The position numbers and the translations under genes are program-made. The notes under the pieces were generated by a model. It searched no databases. It was not told the DNA's origin and saw only the letters and a list, made by a program, of their open reading frames with translations. A DNA stretch of 64,000 nt from Rhizodiscina lignyota (taxonomy: Eukaryota). Within the stretch, counting starts at the first letter, position 1, and the number at the start of each line of letters is the position of its first letter. Positions 48,754-61,056 of the stretch are shown here, piece by piece. Where the stretch lies: positions 1,708,453 through 1,772,452 of the forward strand of contig ML978122.1 in NCBI GenBank assembly GCA_010015805.1. Direction: 5' to 3'.

Positions 48754-51331
48754 TATAGTTGGAAGCAACCTTTGACAGCTAACAGAGGAATGATTTGAAA
48801 AGAGAGCACAACGGAATCTTTAGTAACGAGGCAGTGCCAATGCAAATAGAAGAGTTGTTTCGAAGGTCCGAGTGGGAATGGCTATGGATAGTATATGAGC
48901 GGCCACCAGTACTTTCCTTTGTATCACAAGGCGCTGGCCGGTCAGTTCCCGCAGTTTGGTAGTACAACGGTGCCCATGTTGGTTATACAGGCGCTTGCCC
49001 CGATCATCAGCCCACGAGCTGGCAGTGCAGTCGCCGGGTAGGCGTTCATTGGCCATTTTAAAGCTTGCAGGTCTTGGTGTGGCATCTCGCGCCCACACCC
49101 CTCCAGCCTTACCAAGTCGCCGGTGCGGAGGAGCGAATGAGAGGTGCGCTCCGCCGTTCATGGGGATAGGAAAAGGAAACCAGTCTGTCAAACGTGGTGT
49201 TGAGGCAGCGCTTAGGCGAAAATAGAATCGGCCAATCAGCGCGTGCGCCACTGCCGAGATGCGTTTCGAGCCTCCTCCAACATGCAAGCTCGGCGCCTCC
49301 ATCCATCAAAAATGCCGTTTTCCAGCTTGCTCGTGTGACTTTGGAAGTACAATGAGTTGGCTGACCGGCTGCAGCTATGTCGCCGAACGCTGTACAACAG
49401 CTGCAAGCCCCCGGTATACGAAACTGTGCCGTACGACTCTGCGCCGCGGAGGTATGTACCTGGTACCTACATATCGAGACCGTGGGCCCTTCCCCATAAA
49501 TTGGCAGCCGTTAGAAAAACTTGCTCAAACTGTACTCTATTGCGACTCCAATCGGGTACCAACGCGTGTCAGCGACTGCACTGTCTGCGGCTGTGTCACC
49601 ATGGACAGCGAGCGAGCTCCATGTCGGCGGCTTTTTGTGGCCATTCCCAGCTCGCCAGAGCCCACGGCTGAGCTGCTGCTGAACGTGATGAACAAGGGCG
49701 TTGAGGAGACTTAGGTATACTCCATACACCATGGTGTAGTTAGTGCAAAGAAGATCACGATGACCGCGGAGTTAAATAGAGCCCGCCGTGTTTGGAAGGT
49801 CGTAATAAAGGTAGTGGTTATGATATCGTTCCTTCACTATACCAGTCATGTTGGACTCTGCACATGTCGAGAGCAAGTCCTAGGTACTGCCAGCATAATC
49901 TCGTTAAGTTGAAGGAGAGATTCCTTCCGCTCAAATTGTAATATACCTAAGCGTTAGGATATAGGAGAAGCCACCTCAAAGAGTCCTCGAAGAGTGAAAG
50001 ATATCCACTTAGGTCAATGACCAGCTGTATTGAATTGGCGCTCTCCTGACATTACACCTACTATCATAATACTGTACGGTGCAGGGCCTTCTTAAATTTG
50101 CCTAAAATGAATCGGAGAAGAGATAAAATGATGGCAGCGTTGCGGAGATTTTCAACGCGATCAAAAAGCAAATACTTTGATTAAGGCGCGATTAGGTACC
50201 GACATGGATGACTTCGTCTCCGGATAATTGGTGTAGTAGTTGCATGTCGAGGCATGGAAAGGCCTGCTAGCGCGATCTGCCTGGTAAGGTAGGTGGTTAT
50301 TCGCTCGTTTTTGCTTCTCGTTCTCTCTTTGAAACAAACAACATATCTTGGGTGCATAATCTGGAACACGTCTTGAGACTCAAAAAACGAACTTATCTTT
50401 CACTTCCAATACGTATCAAAGCTCAAGTCAGGGAAAAGAGCATTGAGTGTTGATGTCTTGATGTCGCGTGACCAGGCCAGCCGCTGAGGTTCATTAAATT
50501 TCGGCTGGGCCTTGTCATCTCCGGCCTCTTGCATCTCCAACGCCAGCAAATGGGCACCACCTCACCTGTGGCACAAGCGCTTCACTTGCGCTCGAATCGT
50601 TCGCGAACCATCTGCAAATTAAACTCATCCAAGCGTTCAGCCAGCGATGTCATATCCTTCCCACCCTCCCAGTGGCAGATGATGAAAATCTCCCACCATT
50701 GGTCGTTGCCCCTGAGAGTCGCCACCAGAGGAGCCAGGGGCAAGCTGAACATACTAGAGACTGAACCCTTCTCGGCTCTGGCAAACATTCGAGGTTGGAC
50801 TACGATAGGCCTATCAGCGATATCATCTCTCCCCGCAGTGCTGGCAATTATCGTGGTGGTCATGCGGAAGCCTGTCCGAGAGGCGAGATTGCCACTAGCA
50901 GCTACGCAAAGCAAATACCGCACTCCTCCACAAATTACGGCATTTTCGTTTCAACGCCTGTGCTCGGTGAAGCAGCACTCCCTGCCCAGCACTGAATGAA
51001 TTTCGCTCGGCCGCAACGACCCAACCGGCTGCATGACCGCTTAGTCTCGCCCTGCGATTTGCCTGGCAAAATAATTTGATCGACTAAGGTAAATAGGTTA
51101 TCGTGAGTTTCATATGGTTGCTTATATTCGCACTCTCTCCGGCGCGTTTTCATTCTGCTCTTTTTGGCATCCTTTCAGCGCTGGTTCCGTGGCTCAGTGC
51201 TATCCACTCTTTCATCGTTCTTTTTTGGTGCTGGTATGCCACAGTGATACCTGGGAAAACACTTTCGCCCTTCGAGGTGCCGCTCATTTACACGTACATA
51301 CATATACAGTCGCTCCTTTTCCGTACACAAA

Positions 51332-52221
51332 ATGTTTACATCCAGGATTGTCGCGCTATGCGCGCTCCTCTCTGCGTCGACCGCATTTACGATGGACGGA
51401 GTCCAATGGAACGCTCGAATCTCGAACGCGCTGGACAAGCGTCAGGGCTCTTCGCAGAATGAGAAGCAGGGTAGCAACTGCACTGAGGCATTCGGCGCTG
51501 GATACGAGACATGTACGTCTTCCCCTTAACCTGCAAACTGCCGCGTGCTGAGTACTGACATGTTCAAGGCCGTCCTGCCTCTGCATCTGAGATCCGCCTC
51601 TGCTACAATCCTAGCATTGGCCAGATCTGCTGCCAGAATGAATGGGGTTGCCCATCTGACAGCTTCTGCCTTATTAAGGACTTTTGCTGCCCAACTGTGA
51701 GTTCCCTCCCTTATATATCTAATATCACCACTCACCCTCCCCACCAGGGCATCGACCCCTCAGCATGCGCCGCGCACTACAGCGTCTCCATCCCGTCGAA
51801 CCTCGCAACTTACGGCACTGGACCCGCACCAAGCACGTCCAGCTCCAGCGAAAGCACGACCATTCTTTCCACCATCGTCACCAGCACGCCCATCTCGACC
51901 ATCACGATCCCTACGTCCACCAACTCGTCCTCTGCCGACGCCGCTGCCGCTGCCGCTACCTCGACGTCCAGCGCACTTCCGGTGCCGTACCCCGCGGGCA
52001 ACGCGTCGGCGACCCACGGGTACATCGGCAGCACGGGCGTGAGCGGCTCCGGGTTCCTGGCTTCTGCTACTGGGAGCGTGTTTCCGAGCGGGACGGTGTC
52101 AGGAGGCGGGAGTGCTGCTACGAGTCCGATTGTGTTTGAGGGGGCAGCAACGATGCTGGCAGGGGGAAGTTGGGTTGCAACCGTGCTTGGTGTCGTGGCT
52201 GCTGTTGTTGGATTGATTTAG
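51332..52221 (+). CDS. GPI-anchored Cys-rich plus Ser/Thr-rich cell wall protein (CRoW/proline-rich-antigen-like); 3 exons
   Basis: Signal peptide and LDKR Kex2-like site. Spliced CTEAFGAGYETC...CYNPSIGQICC...CPSDSFC...CCPT|GIDPSAC. FEGAA plus hydrophobic tail. Confidence 0.8.
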
Positions 52222-52766
52222 GTGAACGAGAAGTCATGTGTAGAGAGGGTACGCGTGCAGGTGGGTGATGAAATAGTTGAGTTGTGGCTGCAATGTGTCG
52301 AACCGTGAGGATGTATACCCCCGCCAATTAATACAGATTACACACAATAAAGCTGCGTGGTTTGGATAAGTACTGCCTGGTGTATATTTAATCGAACTTT
52401 CAGAGGTGCTCTCGCTCGCGCGGAAGAACAAAACTTGTCCTTACAGCAGCCGTTTAGTTCAGCAGGCTCAGCTATTTCGTGACCCCCGTGTGACATAGTC
52501 GTTCGTACTTGTATCTAGCGTCAGGCGTGTAAGATACCTCTTTGATAATTACTATATCTTATATAGCTACAGAAATCCTACATACGCCAGGCTCGTTGCT
52601 CTAACGACGCCAGTCTAGACTAAGACGATTCAATGTATATAAAATGTGCTCAACGATGCGAGCGTCTTTGACGAAATATGGCTTGCTGCGTTAATGCAAG
52701 ACCAAGACGATGAAGCTGTCTTTACTTCTGCTCTGCAGACTATGCGATGTCTACAACAGACTACTT

Positions 52767-55700
52767 TTATCTCCTTTCAATAAGCAGGACGTGCATAGCA
52801 ATGTACGCTAGAACGACGAAGACTGCTGCGAATACACCGAGGCCGATGACATCCTGCCATAACGCAAGGTTGTTGAAGCCAAAGGAGCTGAGGATTGCCG
52901 AGCCAGGAACCTGTGAAGAATTAGGCATTGGTTTTCCTTTACGTGGTGAAACCATTCGAGCATACCTCTATATCGAGACCGTACTTATGGTCGATGAGTG
53001 ACAGCCGTCTGACCTCGTTGACGATGAGGCCTTCAAAGGAGTAATGGAAGATAGAAAGCTGCAAGGTGTGTAAGCGCACAGAATTAGGGCTCGAAAAGCC
53101 CGGTAGGAAATACTTACTGTCTGCAACCATGAAACCGCTGCTGGCATCGTTTCCTTATTCAACAAGAACCCGCCAAACAGCAAGCTGAAGAGCATCACCA
53201 AGCTGCCCATCAAGTTCGCCACCGCTCCATTCTTGAACACGATTCCAATGAACAGACAAATTGCGGCGGCTGCAAGATTAAAGAGCACCAGGAAGAGGAT
53301 AAACTTCCAGAACTCGCCCCACTGGGGTACGAGGCCTGTCATTGGGTACACGATCGCACCCATGATGATCGGAGGGATCAAGCGCAGCGGCACAATGTCG
53401 AATACGACCTTCGCCGCGAAGTAGCTGACGGGTGAGTAATAACCTTTTGCACGCTCGCGGACAAAAAGCAGACGCTCAGGCGCGAAGACAGTGAGGGAGG
53501 TGAGTGTGCTGAAGCCGAATAGCGCGAGGAGGAAGAAGAACAGGCCCAGGCGATTCTGGAAGCCCTTAATGTCGTCTGTGAGGCCGTAGAACAAGAAGCC
53601 CAAGAAGACGGCGAGCAAGATCGCGATGGCATAATGCGTGAGCATGAGCATCGGGTTGCGGTAGATGTTGCGCCACGTTCGCGCAGAGAGGATGATGAAT
53701 TGGCCGAGCCATCCGACCTTGCGGTATCCTTTCACCTTTCCTGCCGCTGGGATGACGGAGCCGTTGGCGGAGTGCATGACGGAACCACCATTTGCGCCGG
53801 CAGCGGAGGTAACGGCAGATTGGATATCCTCGCGGACCGAATTCGCAACATCAGAGCCAACGTAGCTTGATACAAGTATATCAAGGTCTGTGCCTGTGCC
53901 CCCATTTGCTGGAGGAGGGAGTTGATCGGGGTCTTCAAGGATTTGAGGAGGGGGTGCGCCTTGCTGCCTCGATAGGCGAAGCCATTGTTGAGTGCTGCCG
54001 TGAGCAGAGTCTGGAATGGAAGCTTCATCATCCGTTCGTGGTGATGCAGTATCCGCGCCAGCCTTCTTACGCGTGTATAGTTGACGATCTTGTTGCTGCT
54101 TGATGGACGTCCTACGTTTGCCCTTTGGACGTAGTAGACTTTCCGTTGCGCTTGGGCTTCCGGTGGAATCTCCTTCGCGGCTGACATTAGAAATGCTAGG
54201 AATAGACTTGATGGCGACGGCACTGCTTGTACGCGATGCTACAGTTCGCGCATCATTCTGGGGTGCAAAAAGCGCGTCCTCGTCCAGTGGAGTATGTGCA
54301 CGTCCAGCATGCATTGTCAGATCAACGAGATAGTCTGCAATATTAAAACCTGGGGGACAGCTGTACCCGATTTGGTCAAAATAAGCTTGGCAGCGATCGA
54401 ATGGGCCTGAATAGACGGCACGGCCCTTGGCAAGCAGAACCAGTTGATCAAACAGGGCGACAATATTCGATCTCGGCTGGTGGATGGTGAACACGACGGT
54501 ACGATTGTAGTTCTTGACCAGGCTGACAAGGCACTCAACCACATTGAATGCATTGAATGCATCCAGGCCGCTGGTAGGCTCGTCGAGGAAGAGAATGCTG
54601 GGGCTGGTGACAAGCTCACAAGCTATGCCGACGCGTCGTTTCTCACCACCAGAGATACCACGGCCGCTGCCTTCTTCTGACCCAATGATTTGGTGTCGAA
54701 TGTGGTAGATCCCAAGTTGGCGTTCTACGTCCTCAACCTTTTGCTCTTTCGCAGCGAGGCTCATCTCTTTTGGCAATCGCAACATGGCGCTGTCCAAAAT
54801 TGTCTCGTGCACGGTCAAGGTTGGGAGAAGAGTATCCTCTTGGTCGACAAAGCCAATAACACTGCGGAACTCGTCATCCACGATCTTCTCTCCATTTACG
54901 TAGAAGTCGCCTTCCGTGATGCCGCGCTTGTTCTTTCTTGCAAGAATGTCGAGGAACGTCGTCTTGCCTGCTCCAGATGCTCCCATAATGGCCATGAGTT
55001 CGCCTGGATGGACCACGCCTTGCACGCCATACAAGATTTGCTTGCCATTGAGCTTGTATCCCACGTTCTCGAATGCCAAAGCGGCTGGCTTGTGATCTGC
55101 AAGCAGCTTGGCGTTCTCATCTTCCTCGTCATCGGAGAGCGCGATCGGACCGTATCGTCGAGAGTGTCTTCTGCCAAGGTACCAAATCAGAAGTATGACA
55201 GCAACAACAAATAAAGCGCAGCCTGCAATGACGCCAGCAATCAAAGGAGTATTAATCTTCTTGACCGGCCTCTCGTATCCTGGAACCTCTGTATTGTGAA
55301 TGCATTCACCGGAACTGCAGTCGAGGAAAATACTGGGGTCGCCGAAGATTTGGGAAATAAGATCATTCATAGCAGGTTCAGAGAAGACACTGCTCCTCTT
55401 CTTCAACGTCGCTGTGTCCGTGAATGTAGCTGGTCCCTTGATCTCTACCTCTAGAAATTCTCCAATGTCGACTGAGCCGGACTCGCCGCACAACATGCGC
55501 CCCGGTATACATTTACATTTTGCATGTTCACATGTGTACTGTGTCTTATTCAGACTGGCTTCCGATTCGCGGTTCCATTTGCAATCATCGAGCTCGCAGT
55601 AAAAGGATTCTTTCTGATCGACCCAGACTATGACCTGTCAGTGCGACGCAGTGGCTTGAAGTGTAATGATTACTCACATTGGAAACTGCAATCGCGCTCC

Positions 55701-56248
55701 TCTGCATTGCAGGTGAACGTAGCCTGAGGTATCTGGCCCTTGAGCTGGTCCAAGATCTTCCTATTGGTTATATTGCACATGTGGAATATCTCTTTCACAA
55801 GCAGGCCCTCCTTATAGCACACAGCTCCGTCCTGCTCGGGGACCATTGCTTTGCATGCATCGTCCGTTTCGCAGACGTTGCAATTGATGCCCGACCATCC
55901 GTCTGTACACTCGCATTGCTCTCCCTTTCGCGGAGCTCTATCTCTACCATCTGCCAATGATCCACAAACAGGGTCGGAGCAGTCGTCACCACCGAATCCC
56001 GCCGGACATATACACCTCCCGTTTGCTGCGCTGCAGTTGGCGAATTGATGGCATACAAAGTCTTCAAGATTGCAGTTGAAGCAGGGTGGGCATCCATCCG
56101 GTCGGTCGTCGAACAGCTGTAGCGGCGAGTTGAGGAGCTCGGCGGACGAAACGTAGCCGTTGGTCTTGTATGCTTCTGCTTTCCATGCCCATGGCGAAGC
56201 TAGAGCTATACTTGCGACCAAGGAAAGGAGTGGCGATATGCGACGCAT
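52767..56248 (-). CDS. ADP1: ABCG half-transporter with N-terminal EGF-like repeats (Adp1); 4 exons
   Basis: Signal peptide, CPPCFNC/EGF repeats, [32 protein letters not shown]2 membrane domain, [11 protein letters not shown]. Confidence 0.95.
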
Positions 56249-56576
56249 GGCGAATCGGAGGATTATAGCTGTCTGGGAGCTACTGCGGCAAAGTCGCTCG
56301 AAGCACGAGCAGCGAGCTGCCTAGCTTTATGCTGCCAGCATTGAAGCTGCGCGAGGCGGAGAATAAAGCTGATGTGGTCGAGGCGGAGCTGTGCAGGTGA
56401 TATTGTGAAAGTATCTCGTGATAGGTATCAATACAATCTACGCCGTACGGGGGCCCTGGGGGTCGTCGCCTGGGTAGAGAGGTGTCGGCTGCTAATACCG
56501 CGCAGATCCCACCGTCCACGTTGTCTGTCCGCCGCACATGCACCTGCCACCGAGGTCTTGCCAAGCCGAGAACGGG

Positions 56577-56633
56577 TAGGGTTAGGGTTGGCTAATAGGG
56601 TTGGCTAATTGGGTGGATGCCTCAGGGTTGGCT
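56577..56633. promoter_or_regulatory. Telobox-like TAGGGTT array in the ADP1/NPT1 bidirectional promoter
   Basis: TAGGGTTAGGG at 56577-56587; TAGGGTTGGCTAA twice (56583-56608); AGGGTTGGCT at 56624. Confidence 0.45.
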
Positions 56634-56837
56634 GCTTTGTCCCGTTTGAGTGACGCGCCCTTGCGAGCAATCAACACTCTCGCCCACTATATCTTCTCCC
56701 GGTTTTGTTCGATTGTTCGATTCTTTCTTTCATTTCTCATCCTCAGGGAAGCATTTGAATGGTATCCTTTTCAAATCTGATAGACCCGGTTCCGTTTCCA
56801 CCAGGCTTTGATAAGGACTCACGAGACCATCTCAAGA

Positions 56838-58334
56838 ATGAGCGTCAACATATCATACACAGAAGATCGCCCTTCGACACTGCCCGATGGCATCTTTTCG
56901 CTGTTAGATACGGATCTCTACAAGCTTACCATGCAATGTTGTCTTCTCAAATATTTTGATGATGTTGATGTCAAGTACACCCTCACCAATCGCACGCCAG
57001 ACATGAAGCTCAACCGCACTGCCGTTCGATGGCTCCAGGATCAGATCGATAAGCTCGGCACCATTAGTTTGACTGCCGAAGAGGCAGAGTTCCTGAGGTT
57101 GAACTGCAAGTATCTCAACGAGCCGTACATCGCCTATCTCTCAACCTTCAGATTTCGTCCGCGGGAGCAAGTCGAACTAACCTTCCATCCTGACAATGAC
57201 ACTGGGTCTGAGGGAGACACGGGACCGATTGCGCTGGAAGTCCATGGCAAGTGGCTGGATACAATTCTCTATGAGATTCCACTCCTTGCCCTTGTGAGCG
57301 AGTCGTACTTCAAATTCGTAGACCGTGACTGGAGCTACGAAGGTCAAATCGAACGAGCCAGGCACAAAGCAGAGCAGCTTTGTCAGAAGGGATGTTTCTT
57401 CTCTGAATTCGGAAGCCGAAGGAGGCGAGATTATCACACGCACGAACTGGTAATTCGCGGTCTCCAGCAAGGCCACGACGAGGCAATCGAACGGCCTAAC
57501 TGGCCTGGAAGACTCACAGGAACGAGCAACGTGCACTTTGCCATGAAGCATGGTATTCCGCCCGTAGGCACAGTGGCTCATGAATTCTTCATGGCCGTTG
57601 CGGCAATCACAAATGACTATGAGGATGCCAACGAGACAGCGCTCAGGTATTGGATTGGTACATACGGCGAAGGAGTTCTCGGAATCGCACTGACTGACAC
57701 ATTCGGCACCAAGGACTTCCTGAGGGCATTTGCAAGGCCAATTCCCAAGACTACCATCGCTAAACCCGGAGCAGCTGCTACACTACCATCCACTGGTCCC
57801 CAAGAAGAAGAAGGCAGCATAACAGACACTAAACCACCGATCGAGGCGCCCCAAGAAGATGGTGAAGGGGCGACTCACACGTATGCCCAAGTCTTTACAG
57901 GAGTTCGGCAAGACTCGGGCAATCCGGAAGAGTTTGTGAAAACCATGCGGCAGTTCTACGACGAGCAGGGCATCAAAGAGGAGAAGACCATCGTGTTCTC
58001 AGACTCGCTGAATGTGGATCTGTGCGATAAGTACAAGAAGCAGGCAGAAGCAGCTGGCTTCCGTCCAAGCTTCGGAATCGGAACATTCTTGACCAATGAC
58101 TATGCGCGCAAATCGACGGGCCAAAAGTCTGTCCCTCTGAATATCGTCATCAAGATATCCAAGGCAGCAGGAAGGCCCTGCATCAAGATTAGTGACAACA
58201 TTGGCAAGAATACCGGCGACTCGGAGACGGTCGCGAATGTCAAGCAGAGGCTAGGCTACAGCGAAAAGGAGTGGGTCGACGGTGATGAGAAGACGAGGTG
58301 GGGTAAGGAAGGTGACCAGGCCTCCAAGGCGTGA
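56838..58334 (+). CDS. NPT1: Nicotinate phosphoribosyltransferase
   Basis: SLLDTDLYKLTMQ, ILYEIPLLAL, SEFGSRRRR, GTSNV, GTVAHE, ALTDTFGT, GVRQDSG, VFSDSL, FGIGTFLTND, KISDNIGKNTGD. Confidence 0.96.
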   Translation: MSVNISYTEDRPSTLPDGIFSLLDTDLYKLTMQCCLLKYFDDVDVKYTLTNRTPDMKLNRTAVRWLQDQIDKLGTISLTAEEAEFLRLNCKYLNEPYIAYLSTFRFRPREQVELTFHPDNDTGSEGDTGPIALEVHGKWLDTILYEIPLLALVSESYFKFVDRDWSYEGQIERARHKAEQLCQKGCFFSEFGSRRRRDYHTHELVIRGLQQGHDEAIERPNWPGRLTGTSNVHFAMKHGIPPVGTVAHEFFMAVAAITNDYEDANETALRYWIGTYGEGVLGIALTDTFGTKDFLRAFARPIPKTTIAKPGAAATLPSTGPQEEEGSITDTKPPIEAPQEDGEGATHTYAQVFTGVRQDSGNPEEFVKTMRQFYDEQGIKEEKTIVFSDSLNVDLCDKYKKQAEAAGFRPSFGIGTFLTNDYARKSTGQKSVPLNIVIKISKAAGRPCIKISDNIGKNTGDSETVANVKQRLGYSEKEWVDGDEKTRWGKEGDQASKA

Positions 58335-59193
58335 GATGATGAGGACGATTGAGGCTTCGTTTCTGCGAGAATTTCCCGATTCGGAGAGCATTCGTCAATG
58401 GAGCGGCGCAGGCACCGAGGCAGCCAAATATCGGAAGAAGGCGAAGGCAGGCCTGGTAAAAGCGAATCTGACCGCGGTGCCTGCCGGCTGATAAACTCTG
58501 GCACGAGCGACGAAGGCACTTTAAGCTTATTTCGATACGGGCGAGAGTCAAGTGTATGGATAGTTACAAAGCGACTTGCCTTGCCTGTTTCCGGGACATG
58601 AGAGGAAATGATAAGCAGGGTCGGGCAAGTCACGGTGATTAGAGGCAGCTCTAGACAGGCTACATATACGAACTTACGAATTGCAAAGGCTGTGACAATT
58701 CGTTCATACGCCATCATGTGCATGCTCTACTTGCTGACTGCGCAGAGGTGCAGTAGCCGTCACTAAAATTGGGCAGCGCCGCCAGGGACGCGCGACGTCC
58801 GGGGGCTGTGACTCGAGTACGCTAGTACGCACATGGCTAGCGGTGGCTCGACACTGGCCCCTGCATGGGCTGGAGATGGCGCTTTTCCGTGTGAGATCGC
58901 CTTTAACTAACCAAGCTCTCCAGACCAGACGCCAGGAGCAAGCACACGCTCAGAGTTTCATAATTTGCTGCTTCCTCCAACGACCGCCATCCGCGCCGAC
59001 ACTCTCCACCACGCGTCAACAACTTCGCTCAACAGACATACCTGCATCTCCAATTACCGCCATCGACTTCAATTGTATCTCGTGAACGCCTCAGCCGCAC
59101 CAATAACGCCGTAGACGAGGCAGGCAGGGATACAAACTCGAAGCTGAAATTCACGACGGGCCACGTCCCGCTCAACACACATACCGTTTCAAC

Positions 59194-60415
59194 ATGGCTG
59201 TGAGCATCATCCCTCTTTATCCTTGGGCAAGAGCCTCATTCCTGAGCTCGTGCTTCCTCCTCTCTTCAGTCACACTCCTATTCAACAAGCAACTTTTCTG
59301 ACATGGCTCAGCAATACCAACAAGGCGGCGGCTACGCCCAGCAGAACCCATACGACCAGCGAAATCCATATGATCATCGCGATGAGTATGAGGGCGGCAA
59401 TAGTTATGGCGGAGGCTATCGTACGTGTAACCTCGAGTCTCCCACTTCCACTCAAACATTTCATCTGATAGCTCTTGGTAGAAAGCAACATGGAGATGGA
59501 ACCGTTGAGCCCAAATCAAGCCTACACCGCCGCGCCTGGTGGTGGCAGCAGCGACCCGAACAAGATCCTCAACGACTGTCAAGAAGTTGACCGCGCTCTC
59601 GATGCCATCGACGCCGAACTCAACCAACTGCGTGGCTTGCACCGACGACGCCTTAACGCGGCCGAGACAGACAATGCAACAACCCAACAAATTGACCGCC
59701 TCTCCACAGATATCATGACCTCTTACCGGGGCTTGGTGGAGCGGATGAGGAGGCTGAAGGGACTTCCAGAGAGCGATAACCCGAGGAATTCACCACAAGT
59801 GGGAAGAGTGGACAGGAGACTTAAGGCTACCATCAACAACTACCAGACGCTAGAGAGGGATTTCAGACACGGTCTCCAGGACCAGCAGTCTAGGCAGTAC
59901 AGAATTGTCAGACCAGAGGCAACGGAAGAGGAGATCCAGGAGGCAATCGACGATCCGAACGCACAAATCTTCCAACAAGCTGTGAGTCTCCCGTCCTACT
60001 TTTTAGTCTCCTATGTATGACAGCACGGATCCTAACAAACAACGCACAGCTCCTCAACTCCGACCGTCGCGGCCAAGCCCAGCGCACCCTCGGTGCCGTC
60101 AACGAGCGACACAAGGAAATCCAGAAGATCGAGCGCCAGATGGTCGAACTTGCACAACTCTTCACAGACCTCGAGAACATCATCGTGCAGCAGGAGCCGC
60201 TGGTGCAGAACATCGAGCAGAAGGGCGAGGAGGTGCACGACAACATGCTCAAGGCCAACACAGAGCTCGGCGGCGCCGTCGTTAGCGCCCGCGGGGCACG
60301 TAAGAAGAAGTGGATCTGCCTCGGCATCTGCGTCGCCATCATCATTATCGTGCTCATCATTGTGTTGGTCTACTTGGCTACACAAGGTGTGTTCAGCGGA
60401 AAGAAGAACAATTAA
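59194..60415 (+). CDS. SSO1: Plasma-membrane syntaxin (Sso1/Sso2 t-SNARE); multi-exon
   Basis: RQYRIVRPEATEEEI, QIFQQA|LLNSDRRGQA, SNARE helix ERHKEIQKIERQMVELAQLF, ARKKKWICL followed by a TM anchor. Confidence 0.93.
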
Positions 60416-61056
60416 TGCGAGTCTCGTCAATACCGGTCGCACCTCCTCCCGCGCTCCTTTCGCTCTTTCCATAACTCCGCCAGAACATATCAAACGACGT
60501 TTTCAGGGATGTGCTCGAACGGAAAAGAAGGCTGTTCGACTTTGTGCTTTTCGCTCTAGCATGCCATGGTTACGCATGTTTCGTTTGCATCGCATTGGCT
60601 GCTGTATATTTATCGTCTCACCCCCTTGTCTTGGCGCAACTTTCATACATCTACTGCAGCATCCATCCCTTCCAGCCTCCGTCTCATGAAATGTATTTGG
60701 AAAATTTCCTCTGCGGTGTGGCGCACTTTGTGAACGCTCTGTGACGCGTTCAGCTGGCTGCGCACGAATTGTCTAGTAAGGTTTAATCGACGAGGGTGCC
60801 TTTGAGTGGGCACAAAAGTTCTAGAGTCTAGCGAGAACTCAAATTGCTGAACTGCGGCGCATACAGATGGGGGATTCCTCTGAGGCGTTCAACTGGTCTC
60901 TTGCGCAGTCTTCTCCATGGCGTGCGATTGGTGGTAGCCTTGTGTATTTTATACTGTCCAGCTTGGGGGACATCTTATTCTCATTTGTAGCGTCTCTTCA
61001 GCCCTCTTCGGCTCGTTTCAGAAAGAATGCAACCGAAATTCCAAAACGTCTGTTCC

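Noticed and set aside
48800..51300. ORFs in the 2.5-kb divergent intergenic region
   Set aside because: No motif or splice-consistent gene model; treated as regulatory or degenerate sequence.
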